From an uncultured Spartobacteria bacterium (GTDB lineage: Bacteria > Verrucomicrobiota > Verrucomicrobiia > Chthoniobacterales > Chthoniobacteraceae), in the NCBI GenBank assembly GCA_903929475.1, contig CAIYUV010000236.1, forward strand, positions 12,573-76,572: a stretch of 64,000 nt of DNA, in the 5' to 3' direction. The translations under genes were made by a program, and so were the position numbers. How positions within the stretch are numbered: position 1 is the stretch's first letter; the number at the start of each line of letters is the position of its first letter. The notes below the pieces were generated by a model. That model did no database searches and was not told the origin of the DNA. It saw nothing but the letters and a program-made list of their open reading frames with translations. Positions 9,356 through 18,114 of this stretch are shown piece after piece.

Positions 9356-9762
9356 GGATTTTGAACACGCACGCCCGTGAGTTTGAAGTCGGCTGTATTT
9401 CGGGTGACGATTGTCAGGTCGTGCGCAGCGGCGGTCGCTGCGAGAATCCCATCAATCGCCGGAACGGATTTGCCGTGTCGTTGTAGCGTCGCCTGTATGT
9501 CCGCCCACTTTTCCATCACGGCGACATCCGGCACAAGAATCCGGCCTTCGAACTGGGCTTTCACCTCCTCCTCGATCCAAACGAGCAGGGCTTTCCGCTT
9601 CGTTGAATCTGCAAGCAGTGCGCCTTTCCTCAGTTCACCAATGGTAATCGAACTTAGAAAGAGTGTCTCTGCTCCCCGTGACTCCAGCCACGTCTGCACG
9701 CGTGGACTCGGGCGCTTGCGGGTCATTTCGCTGATGACGTTTGTGTCGAGCAGGAAGCTCAC
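9349..9762 (-). CDS. vapC: type II toxin, PIN domain (VapC/FitB-like)
   Basis: 137 aa beginning MSFLLDTNVISE, with later PIN motifs (IDGILAATAAAHDLTIVTRNTADF). 4-nt overlap with the upstream antitoxin gene. Confidence 0.85.
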   Translation of the reverse strand: MSFLLDTNVISEMTRKRPSPRVQTWLESRGAETLFLSSITIGELRKGALLADSTKRKALLVWIEEEVKAQFEGRILVPDVAVMEKWADIQATLQRHGKSVPAIDGILAATAAAHDLTIVTRNTADFKLTGVRVQNPW

Positions 9763-10007
9763 AGCAAAATGTCGCGTGGATGTTCCTTGCTGCGCTTGAG
9801 ATTGAGTTCCGTCAAATCCACAGGGCAGGAACGCAGCGACTCAACCAGCGTGCGCTTCTTCGTTTTTGTCTTTTGCCATTCGGAAGCGCCGACGATCCAC
9901 ACATGGGGGCGTCCGTGTTTTGTGACGAGCTGCGGTTTGCCGCCGGCGGCTTTTTCGGCGACGGAGCAAAACTGTTCCTTCGCCTGCTGGAGTTGAAGCG
10001 GTTTCAT
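9759..10007 (-). CDS. type II antitoxin (Phd/YefM-like)
   Basis: 82 aa. N-terminus KPLQLQQAKEQFCSVAEKAAGGKPQLVTKHGRP. Lies directly upstream of and overlapping vapC. Confidence 0.75.
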   Translation of the reverse strand: MKPLQLQQAKEQFCSVAEKAAGGKPQLVTKHGRPHVWIVGASEWQKTKTKKRTLVESLRSCPVDLTELNLKRSKEHPRDILL

Positions 10008-10059
10008 TGCCGGGGACTCTATTCCACGAAACGACCAGTCTGTCCAGACTGAGAAACCG

Positions 10060-11475
10060 TTATTGGATGTTGAGTTCGCGGATGATGCCGAAACGTTCGA
10101 GGCGTTTGCGGAGGGTGGCGCGCGTCATGCCGAGCAGTTTGGCGGCCTGCACCTGGTTGCCCTTCGTCTCGCGCATGGCGTGGACGGTGAATTCGCGCTC
10201 GAGCCACGGGATGAGTTCGATGCTGGCGTCGGCTTGGGCCGCGCGCAGCAGCACTTCGATGGCGGCATCCTTGGTGAGTGCGGTGGCCGGGCTTTCGGCT
10301 GCATTCGCGCCGAGAGGAATGTCCTTCGGCAGCAGGATGTCGCTTGTCGCGAGCAGGCACGCGCGCTGGATGGTGTTTTCCAATTCGCGCACGTTGCCGG
10401 GCCAGTTGTGCGCTTCGAGCACGCGGATGGCGTCTTCGCTGAGTTTGAATTTTGGCAGCCGCTTTTCCGTGGCGACGCGCTGCACGAAATACTCGGCAAG
10501 CAGACGGATGTCCTCGACGCGTGCACGCAGCGGCGGGAGCTGGATGCGGACGACGTTCAGCCGGTAAAATAAATCTTCGCGGAAATGTTTGTCGGCGACT
10601 TCGGTTTCGAGCTGCTTGTTCGTCGCGGCGATGATGCGCACGTCGGTCTTGATCGTGGTGTTTCCGCCGACGCGGGAGAACTCGCCGTTTTGCAAAACGC
10701 GCAGGATTTTTCCCTGCAAGGAAAGCGGCATGTCGCCGATTTCATCGAGGAACAGCGTGCCGCCGTCGCTCTGCTCGAAGCGCCCCTCGCGCTGTGTGGC
10801 CGCCCCGGTGAACGCGCCTTTTTCGTGGCCGAAAAGTTCGCTCTCCAATAGCTGCTCGGGGATCGCGGCGCAGTTGATCGCGACGAACGTGTTGTTGTTG
10901 CGCGGCGAGTAGTGGTGGATGGCGCGGGCGACGAGTTCCTTGCCGGTGCCGCTCTCGCCGGTGATCATCACGGGTGCGTCCGAGCCAGCGACGCGGCCCA
11001 CGAGTTTGAAGACCTGCTGCATCGGATCGCTCTGGCCGACGATGCTGTCGTTGTGCTGCTCGACGGTGAGCTGCGGGCGCGACGCCTTGGCCGCGCGCAT
11101 CTGCGCCTGCTCCTTGAGCGCGGAGTCCACGACCATTTTAAAATTAAACGGCAGCTTGTCCTTCGTGACGAAATCGAACGCGCCGAGTTTCATCGCCTCG
11201 ATGACCGTCTGCGTGGTGGAGAACTGGCTGATGAGCAGCACCGACGCGGACGGATCGCGCTCGCGGATGCGCGTCAGCAATTCCAGCCCGCTGAAAGGCT
11301 GCACGTGCGTGTCGGTGACGATGAGGTCCGGGTGCTCACGCTGCGCGATTTTTTGCGCCTCGTCCGCATGGGTCGTCGAAAGCACGCGAAGATCCGCGAC
11401 GGTGAGTTGCTTCACCGCCCACGCGAGGAAATCGGTATCGGGATCTACGACGAGGACTGTCTGGCCTTTGGGCAT
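10060..11475 (-). CDS. sigma-54-dependent response regulator (NtrC family)
   Basis: Receiver domain (TVLVVDPDTDF, DLIVTDTHV), AAA+ sigma-54 interaction domain (GESGTGKE, ELFGHEKGAFTGA) and Fis-type HTH (AAKLLGMTRATLRKRL). ATG at 11475 is preferred; the 44 upstream codons of the track ORF run into a Vsr-like remnant. Confidence 0.85.
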   Translation of the reverse strand: MPKGQTVLVVDPDTDFLAWAVKQLTVADLRVLSTTHADEAQKIAQREHPDLIVTDTHVQPFSGLELLTRIRERDPSASVLLISQFSTTQTVIEAMKLGAFDFVTKDKLPFNFKMVVDSALKEQAQMRAAKASRPQLTVEQHNDSIVGQSDPMQQVFKLVGRVAGSDAPVMITGESGTGKELVARAIHHYSPRNNNTFVAINCAAIPEQLLESELFGHEKGAFTGAATQREGRFEQSDGGTLFLDEIGDMPLSLQGKILRVLQNGEFSRVGGNTTIKTDVRIIAATNKQLETEVADKHFREDLFYRLNVVRIQLPPLRARVEDIRLLAEYFVQRVATEKRLPKFKLSEDAIRVLEAHNWPGNVRELENTIQRACLLATSDILLPKDIPLGANAAESPATALTKDAAIEVLLRAAQADASIELIPWLEREFTVHAMRETKGNQVQAAKLLGMTRATLRKRLERFGIIRELNIQ

Positions 11476-11601
11476 TGGGTCGGGTAAGATGCACATCGGA
11501 ACAGCATGGGGAAGCCCGCATTTCGATGCACGCACCACGTGCCAGCCGGCCTTGCGAAATGCGCGCACGCACTTCGCGGCTTTACGCCAGAGCACCCGGA
11601 G

Positions 11602-12333
11602 GGCCAAAGGCCCGATCCCATACCAGCCTAGGGCAACGCCCTAGGAACACGTCAGAAAAAGTCCACGAGGGCTGAAAGCCCGCCCCATCCGCACGCGGTT
11701 CCGGCGATGTTTCCGCGAACACGATGCGTGCGTTGCATCAATCCCACACATAGGCCTCGTTGTATTCGACGTGGTATTTTTCGAGGAACATCCGGAACTC
11801 CTCCTGAAACGTGCGTTGTTTGTGATGCTCCTCCTGCCGGTCAATGTATTCGCACAGTGATTCCAAATCCGAAGCCCGACGGAAAAGCACCCGTAGCCCC
11901 TCTGCCACGCGAACGTGGCCAGCCCCGGTGATTGTGTTTTGAGCCATTTGGAGGATGTAGTTTTTAACGTCTCGATCAAATCCGCGATGGAAAGCGTGCG
12001 GGATAGGCGCAGGGCGAGATGCACGTGGTCAGCGACACCTCCGACGCGGGACGCTTCGCAGCCTGCATTGCGCGCGACCGTGGCGAGGTAGGCGTGGAGC
12101 TTTGGGCGCATAATGGCGTCGAGATATGGAGCGCGATCCTTTGTGCTGAAAATGACGTGGACGAGGACGAGACTGAGCGATTGGGGCATGACGGGGTGAT
12201 ACAATGGACTCGGTTCTGTTGCCAGCCGGAGATGGTTCGGGCTTTCAGCCCTCTTGCCGCATTTGTTTTCAAACCTAGGCCGACGCTCGTTCCTCGCTCT
12301 GACCTAGGCTGGTATGGGCTGCGCCTTTGGCGC
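11602..12333 (-). mobile_element. REP-RAYT-REP unit (copy 1)
   Basis: Left REP is 11602-11681 (ggccaaaggcc, hairpin cctagggcaacgccctagg, gggctgaaagccc). Right REP is 12239-12333 (gggctttcagccc, cctagg-N23-cctagg, gcgcctttggcgc). They are in inverted orientation around the transposase gene. Confidence 0.75.
11738..12189 (-). pseudogene. REP-associated tyrosine transposase (IS200/Y1 family), frameshifted
   Basis: MPQSLSLVLVHVIFSTKDR, HUH motif ADHVHLAL, WQRGYGCFSV. The C-terminal part (SDLESLCEYIDRQEEHHKQRTFQEEF...YNEAYVWD) continues in the -1 frame from about 11875, at a GGG run. Confidence 0.75.
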
Positions 12334-12519
12334 ACACACGGCGCGGGCGATGCGGGATAGTGTGCGGCTGCTCCGTGCGCGGGTAAGCGCACATTCCCAC
12401 ACACGCACCACGCGCCAGCCGGCCTTGCGCAACGCCCGCGTCACCACGCGGTCGCGCTGTGCGTTGCGCGCGAGCGTATCCTCATGAGCTGTGCTGTCAG
12501 CCACCCCGGCGATTCTCAT
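12304..12519 (-). pseudogene. Vsr-like (very short patch repair endonuclease) C-terminal remnant
   Basis: The ORF carries only the Vsr tail ARNAQRDRVVTRALRKAGWRVVRVWECAL. The space needed for the N-terminal two thirds is occupied by the end of the 1041-aa gene (23-nt overlap). The 3' end runs into a REP. Confidence 0.5.
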
Positions 12520-15500
12520 CGAACATCTCGACTGGCATCGAGTGATCGAGTTGCCAGACCATTTGGATGGGACGTTCCGATTGGAAACTCACGAGCTTTG
12601 CTGGGCCGAGGAACGTGAATGGAGACGTGGTTCCATCTACTTTCTTACGAGAGCGAACAAAGAACAACATCGTGTAGCCGCGCTCTACGTGATGGATAAG
12701 GTTCTGTCCGGTGTCGCTCGCTTGGCTCGTCTGCCCCTGAGTTTCCCAGTGCAGAAGCTCACGGTTGATGGGGTAGTCCTGATACATCGTGCTCGGTGAA
12801 AACTCCTTCTCGGTTTTCTGGAATGTGACCAACGATACGACGGTTTTGATTTGTGGAAAATGAAGACGGCCAACGCCGGTGACACCTGCGGACTCGAAGG
12901 ATGCTCCACCGAGCGCCGCCTTAATTTCGTCGCTGCCATATGTGGCGTGGAGTTCCAGCGAGCATGGGAATGGGAGGTTCAGCGATGCGCTTCCGACACG
13001 AGACTCTTCATCGGCCCAAGCTAAGACTTCATCGAGGTCTCGCAGTAGAGACGGGTTCTGGGCGGCGCGCCGATAGGATTCTTCGATGCTTGTCATGCCT
13101 AGCTGGCGGCCCGGCTTGCCCCAGATGCGGTAATGTGTAGCGAGCGCCGAGTCGCCAGCTTCGGCAAGAGCCGCTGCTGCATCTCCGGCCCTCAAGTGCG
13201 TGACGACTTTCCGAAGCCGCGCGATTTCCCGCGGCCCGCTCGTTTGTGCCGCACTGATGAGCGAGTCCTGCAATCGGCTGATGTCTGGGTCGGTGGGCGT
13301 CTCGGCGAGGCGGGCGCTCGCCTTCCACTGCGTCCACGTGTTGCGCGACAGCAGGGCTTCCGGCTCATAGTCGTGGAAGCGGACAAAGTTGCCGAACGTC
13401 AGAGGCTGTCCTGATTCGTGCTCGAAGGATTCGAGGCGGTCGGGCACTTGGTCGGCAAGATTGCGCAGGTTCTCGCGGATGTTCGCCAGCACATGCTCAC
13501 GCGCAACCCTGTCGAGCTGGATGCTGCAACCGGCCGGGAGATGGGGAAAATCCATCTCAACCTCTCGCTGAATATTGAAGCGGCGCTTCGCAAGCAGTGC
13601 CTTCAGCTTCCGGTCGATGCGATAGCGCCGATGCGACTGCCCGACGAAGTCGAGCACCGTGAGGCAGTCCTTTTCGGGCGCGTGGCGCAAACCGCGACCG
13701 AGTTGCTGGAGGAACACAGTTAGACTTTGCGTGGGACGCAGAAAAAGGACCGTGTTCACGTCAGGTATATCGAGGCCCTCACTCAGCACATCCACGGTGA
13801 ATAGGAATCGGATGTTACCAGCCCGGTAATCATTGAGCAGACCAGTTCGCTCGGCAGTGACGGTATCGCCCACGAGCAAAGCGGAAATAATCCCTCGTTC
13901 GTTGAACTTCTCTGCCATGAACTCGGCGTGACGAACGGAAACGCAAAACCCAATGCCGCGGACGCGCTCCAAGTCAGGCTCGAAGCGGAGCAAGGAACTC
14001 ACCACGACATCCAACCTTTGAAGCGCCAACGCGTGGGCACCGGTATAGACGTTCTCCAACTCGGCGATGTCGTATTTTCCACCGCGCCAGAACTTGTCAG
14101 TCGCCAGCGACACTGGGTCGGCAACGCCGAAGTAGTGGAACGGGCAGAGAAGTTTTTCTTCCAGCGCTTCCGGCAAACGAATTTCAGCAGCGAAGCGGTT
14201 GCCGAAATCCGCAGCCACGCTGGCGCCGTCCATGCGCTCTGGCGTCGCCGTCAGTCCCAAGAGGATTCGCGGACTGAATCGCTCGAATATCGCACGATAG
14301 CTGGCGGCGGGACCGTGATGCACTTCATCCACGATGATGAAGTCGTAGAACTCACCCCCGACCTGTTCCCACAAGCGCCGTGAGCCGAGCATGTCCACAG
14401 AACAGAAAAGATGGTCGTAGCGAGCCGCAACGTGAGGTCCAACCAAAAGTTCACCGAAGTCGGGAACTCGAAGCACAGCCCGGAATGTTCCGACCGCTTG
14501 TTCGAGAATCTCCTTCCGATGGGCAACGAACAAAAGGCGCGCTTGCCGGTGCTTTCCATCGAAGAACCGCTTGAAATCAAACGCCGCTACGACGGTCTTT
14601 CCCGTCCCGGTCGCCGCCACAACCAGATTTCGCCAGTGCCCGTGAACGAGGCGCTCGGACTCGAGGGCATCGAGAATTCTCTCCTGAAACGGATGCGGGC
14701 GAATGTCGAAGAAGACCGGCGCAATTCCCTGCCGACTCCGCGCGTGTTTGATGGCCTCGCGAAATACGAATGGCTCGTCCGGGTTGAACGAAACGAACTC
14801 GTGGCTGTTCCAGTAGGTTTCAAACTCTGCGAGGAACTTCTCCAAGATGTGCGGCATGTCCTGCGCCGTCACTTTGAGATTCCACTCCAAGCCGCTCGTC
14901 ATCGCCACCTGCGACATGTTCGCCGAACCGATGTAGGCAGTCGAAAACCCGCTGTCCCGACGGAAATGGTAGGCCTTGGCATGGAGGCGTGTCCGCTCCG
15001 TGTCGTAGGAAACGCGAATCGCGACGTTGGGCAAACCCGCCAACCATTCCACCGCCTCCGCGTCCGATGCGCCCATGTAGGACGTTGTGATGATGCGCAC
15101 TTTGCCACCGCGCCCGGCGATTTCTTCAAATGCTGGCATCAACAGACGGAGACCCGACCACTTGATAAAAGAAACGAGCAAGTCCACTGAGTCTGCGGAC
15201 TGCATCTCCCTTCCCAACTCATGCACGAGTTGCGGGTCGGCGGGCGAACCTGTGAAGAGGCTGCTCTCCACCAAAGCCGTCTCCGGTCGAGGCATTCCTC
15301 CTTGCGCGTAGTTCGGTGGCGTGATTTCAAGCAGGAGAGGTTTGTCCGCTTTGACGAGGCGATTGCCTTGCAAGAATTGCGTCGATTGACTGCCCGCGAT
15401 GCGTTCGACAATTTCGTTGCATAGACGCAACCGCGTCTCAGGATCATCCTCAAGCCGCAGAGCTTTTTCCAAGAGCCTTGCAAGAAAGGCGGCGTAACGG

Positions 15501-15622
15501 GCTGGCTCTTCTTCAGGGGCAAGTTTTCCAAACACCGAGCGCAACTCTGGATGCCGTTGCAAGATGGAGTTCAACTCTTCATCGAGTAGCGCTTCGTAGA
15601 TGCCTTGCGGGAGATTTGCCAC
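12497..15622 (-). CDS. SauUSI-like type IV (modification-dependent) restriction enzyme: PLD nuclease, SF2 helicase, DUF3427
   Basis: 1041 aa. HKD motif HAKAYHFRRDSGFSTAYIGSANMS (nt 14915-14983). Helicase motifs AATGTGKT, IIVDEVHH, LGLTATPER and a later helicase-C region. C-terminal DUF3427-like block (LELHATYGSDEI...LFFVRSRKK...PFTFLGPAKLVSFQSERPIQMVWQL). Confidence 0.8.
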   Translation of the reverse strand: MANLPQGIYEALLDEELNSILQRHPELRSVFGKLAPEEEPARYAAFLARLLEKALRLEDDPETRLRLCNEIVERIAGSQSTQFLQGNRLVKADKPLLLEITPPNYAQGGMPRPETALVESSLFTGSPADPQLVHELGREMQSADSVDLLVSFIKWSGLRLLMPAFEEIAGRGGKVRIITTSYMGASDAEAVEWLAGLPNVAIRVSYDTERTRLHAKAYHFRRDSGFSTAYIGSANMSQVAMTSGLEWNLKVTAQDMPHILEKFLAEFETYWNSHEFVSFNPDEPFVFREAIKHARSRQGIAPVFFDIRPHPFQERILDALESERLVHGHWRNLVVAATGTGKTVVAAFDFKRFFDGKHRQARLLFVAHRKEILEQAVGTFRAVLRVPDFGELLVGPHVAARYDHLFCSVDMLGSRRLWEQVGGEFYDFIIVDEVHHGPAASYRAIFERFSPRILLGLTATPERMDGASVAADFGNRFAAEIRLPEALEEKLLCPFHYFGVADPVSLATDKFWRGGKYDIAELENVYTGAHALALQRLDVVVSSLLRFEPDLERVRGIGFCVSVRHAEFMAEKFNERGIISALLVGDTVTAERTGLLNDYRAGNIRFLFTVDVLSEGLDIPDVNTVLFLRPTQSLTVFLQQLGRGLRHAPEKDCLTVLDFVGQSHRRYRIDRKLKALLAKRRFNIQREVEMDFPHLPAGCSIQLDRVAREHVLANIRENLRNLADQVPDRLESFEHESGQPLTFGNFVRFHDYEPEALLSRNTWTQWKASARLAETPTDPDISRLQDSLISAAQTSGPREIARLRKVVTHLRAGDAAAALAEAGDSALATHYRIWGKPGRQLGMTSIEESYRRAAQNPSLLRDLDEVLAWADEESRVGSASLNLPFPCSLELHATYGSDEIKAALGGASFESAGVTGVGRLHFPQIKTVVSLVTFQKTEKEFSPSTMYQDYPINRELLHWETQGQTSQASDTGQNLIHHVERGYTMLFFVRSRKKVDGTTSPFTFLGPAKLVSFQSERPIQMVWQLDHSMPVEMFDENRRGG

Positions 15623-15840
15623 AGCGTGTCATTCGCAGACTGCCCACATGTCCTCCAGAAAGAAAATAGGTGAATATATACTACGAGAGTTACAGTGCCT
15701 CACCGTGCCGGCGGACACTGCGACCCAAGGCGAGGAGGAGTGAGTCACGCTTTGGCATGGGCGGGAGGGAAGCGTTTTGTCGGCAATGCGACTACGGACT
15801 ATGAGTGACAATGTTCCCACTGAAACGCCGCCGGGGAGGA

Positions 15841-15966
15841 GGGCTGAAGGCACGATCCATCTGGCACGGGTTCGTGCACGGTTTGGGGCCGGGCCTTCAG
15901 CCCTTTGTTCGTGGGGCGGTTTTCCTTGGGCGTTGCCCAAGGCTGGGATGGGAATGGCCTTTGGCC
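15841..15966. repeat. solitary REP of the copy-1 family
   Basis: gggctgaaggc...gccttcagccc long hairpin, ccttgggcgttgcccaagg hairpin (15924-15942), ggcctttggcc (15956-15966). It is the reverse complement of the left REP of RAYT copy 1. Confidence 0.7.
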
Positions 15967-16033
15967 CTCAATCACAGCGTTGCGCGCCCGCTCACGGACC
16001 AAACAAAACGCCGCACCCATGTGTGGTGTGTGA

Positions 16034-16720
16034 TTACAGCCCGCCGTATCGGCGCTCGCGCTTTTGAAACTCTGCGACGGCTGTGCGCAAGTCCTCTTTG
16101 TCGAAGTCGGGCCAGAATTTCGGTGTGAGGTAGAACTCGGCGTAGCTGAGCTGCCAGAGCATGAAGTTGGAAAGTCGCATCTCGCCGCTGGTGCGGATGA
16201 GCAGGTCGGGGTCGGGATATTCCGCTGTGTAAAGATGGGCGCTGATGGTTTCCGGCGTGATGGTCTTGGGGTCGGGCGCGGCGGCGCAGATCGAGCGAAC
16301 GGCGTCGGTGATTTCGGTGCGCGAGCTGTAGTTGAGCGCGAGAATGAGCGTGGTGGCCTTGTTGTCCGCTGTGGCTCCGATGGTCTCGCGGAGCTTTTGC
16401 TGCGTGCTTTCCGGCAACTCGTGGGTGCGCCCGATGGTGCGGAGGCGGATGCCGTTTTTCATCATCGTCGGCAATTCATACGCGAGGAAGTGCTCAAGGA
16501 TCGCCCACAGGCCGTTCACTTCCAGTTCGGGGCGTTTCCAATTTTCCGTGGAGAATGCGTAGAGCGTGAGAAATTCGACGCCGAGCGCCACGCACTCCTC
16601 GGTGACGGCGCGCACGGTTTCCACGCCGCGCTCATGGCCTTTGAGGCGCGGGAGCCCGCGCTCCTTCGCCCAACGGCCATTGCCGTCCATGATGATTGCG
16701 ATGTGGCGCGGGATGCTCAT
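16034..16720 (-). CDS. uppS: undecaprenyl diphosphate synthase
   Basis: MSIPRHIAIIMDGNGRWAKERGLPRLKGHERG, FSTENWKRP, and C-terminal ERRYGG. ATG at 16720 leaves a 3-nt gap after the purA stop codon; the track ORF's upstream extension overlaps purA. Confidence 0.9.
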   Translation of the reverse strand: MSIPRHIAIIMDGNGRWAKERGLPRLKGHERGVETVRAVTEECVALGVEFLTLYAFSTENWKRPELEVNGLWAILEHFLAYELPTMMKNGIRLRTIGRTHELPESTQQKLRETIGATADNKATTLILALNYSSRTEITDAVRSICAAAPDPKTITPETISAHLYTAEYPDPDLLIRTSGEMRLSNFMLWQLSYAEFYLTPKFWPDFDKEDLRTAVAEFQKRERRYGGL

Positions 16721-16725
16721 CTCGC

Positions 16726-18057
<1,332 letters not shown>

Positions 18058-18114
18058 CTATGGAGCGCAATCTACGAGTGCAAGCATCGTGGAAGCTGGA
18101 ATTGGGCGGCTGGC

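Noticed and set aside
11476-11607. N-terminal extensions of track ORFs. Affected genes: the NtrC-family gene to 11607, uppS to 16903, purA to 18033, ccoI to 20484, ABC-F to 33191, the NHL protein to 42405, the TPR-like gene to 51320, acylphosphatase to 53096, and FGE to 62076.
   Set aside because: Family alignments begin at internal ATG or GTG codons. The extensions overlap neighbouring genes or are translations of REP elements.
15861-15877. Sigma-54 promoter-like TGGCACG-N-GTGCA near the orphan NtrC-family regulator islet
   Set aside because: The GG-to-GC spacing is one nucleotide too long. The motif lies inside a REP hairpin. No + strand gene follows it.
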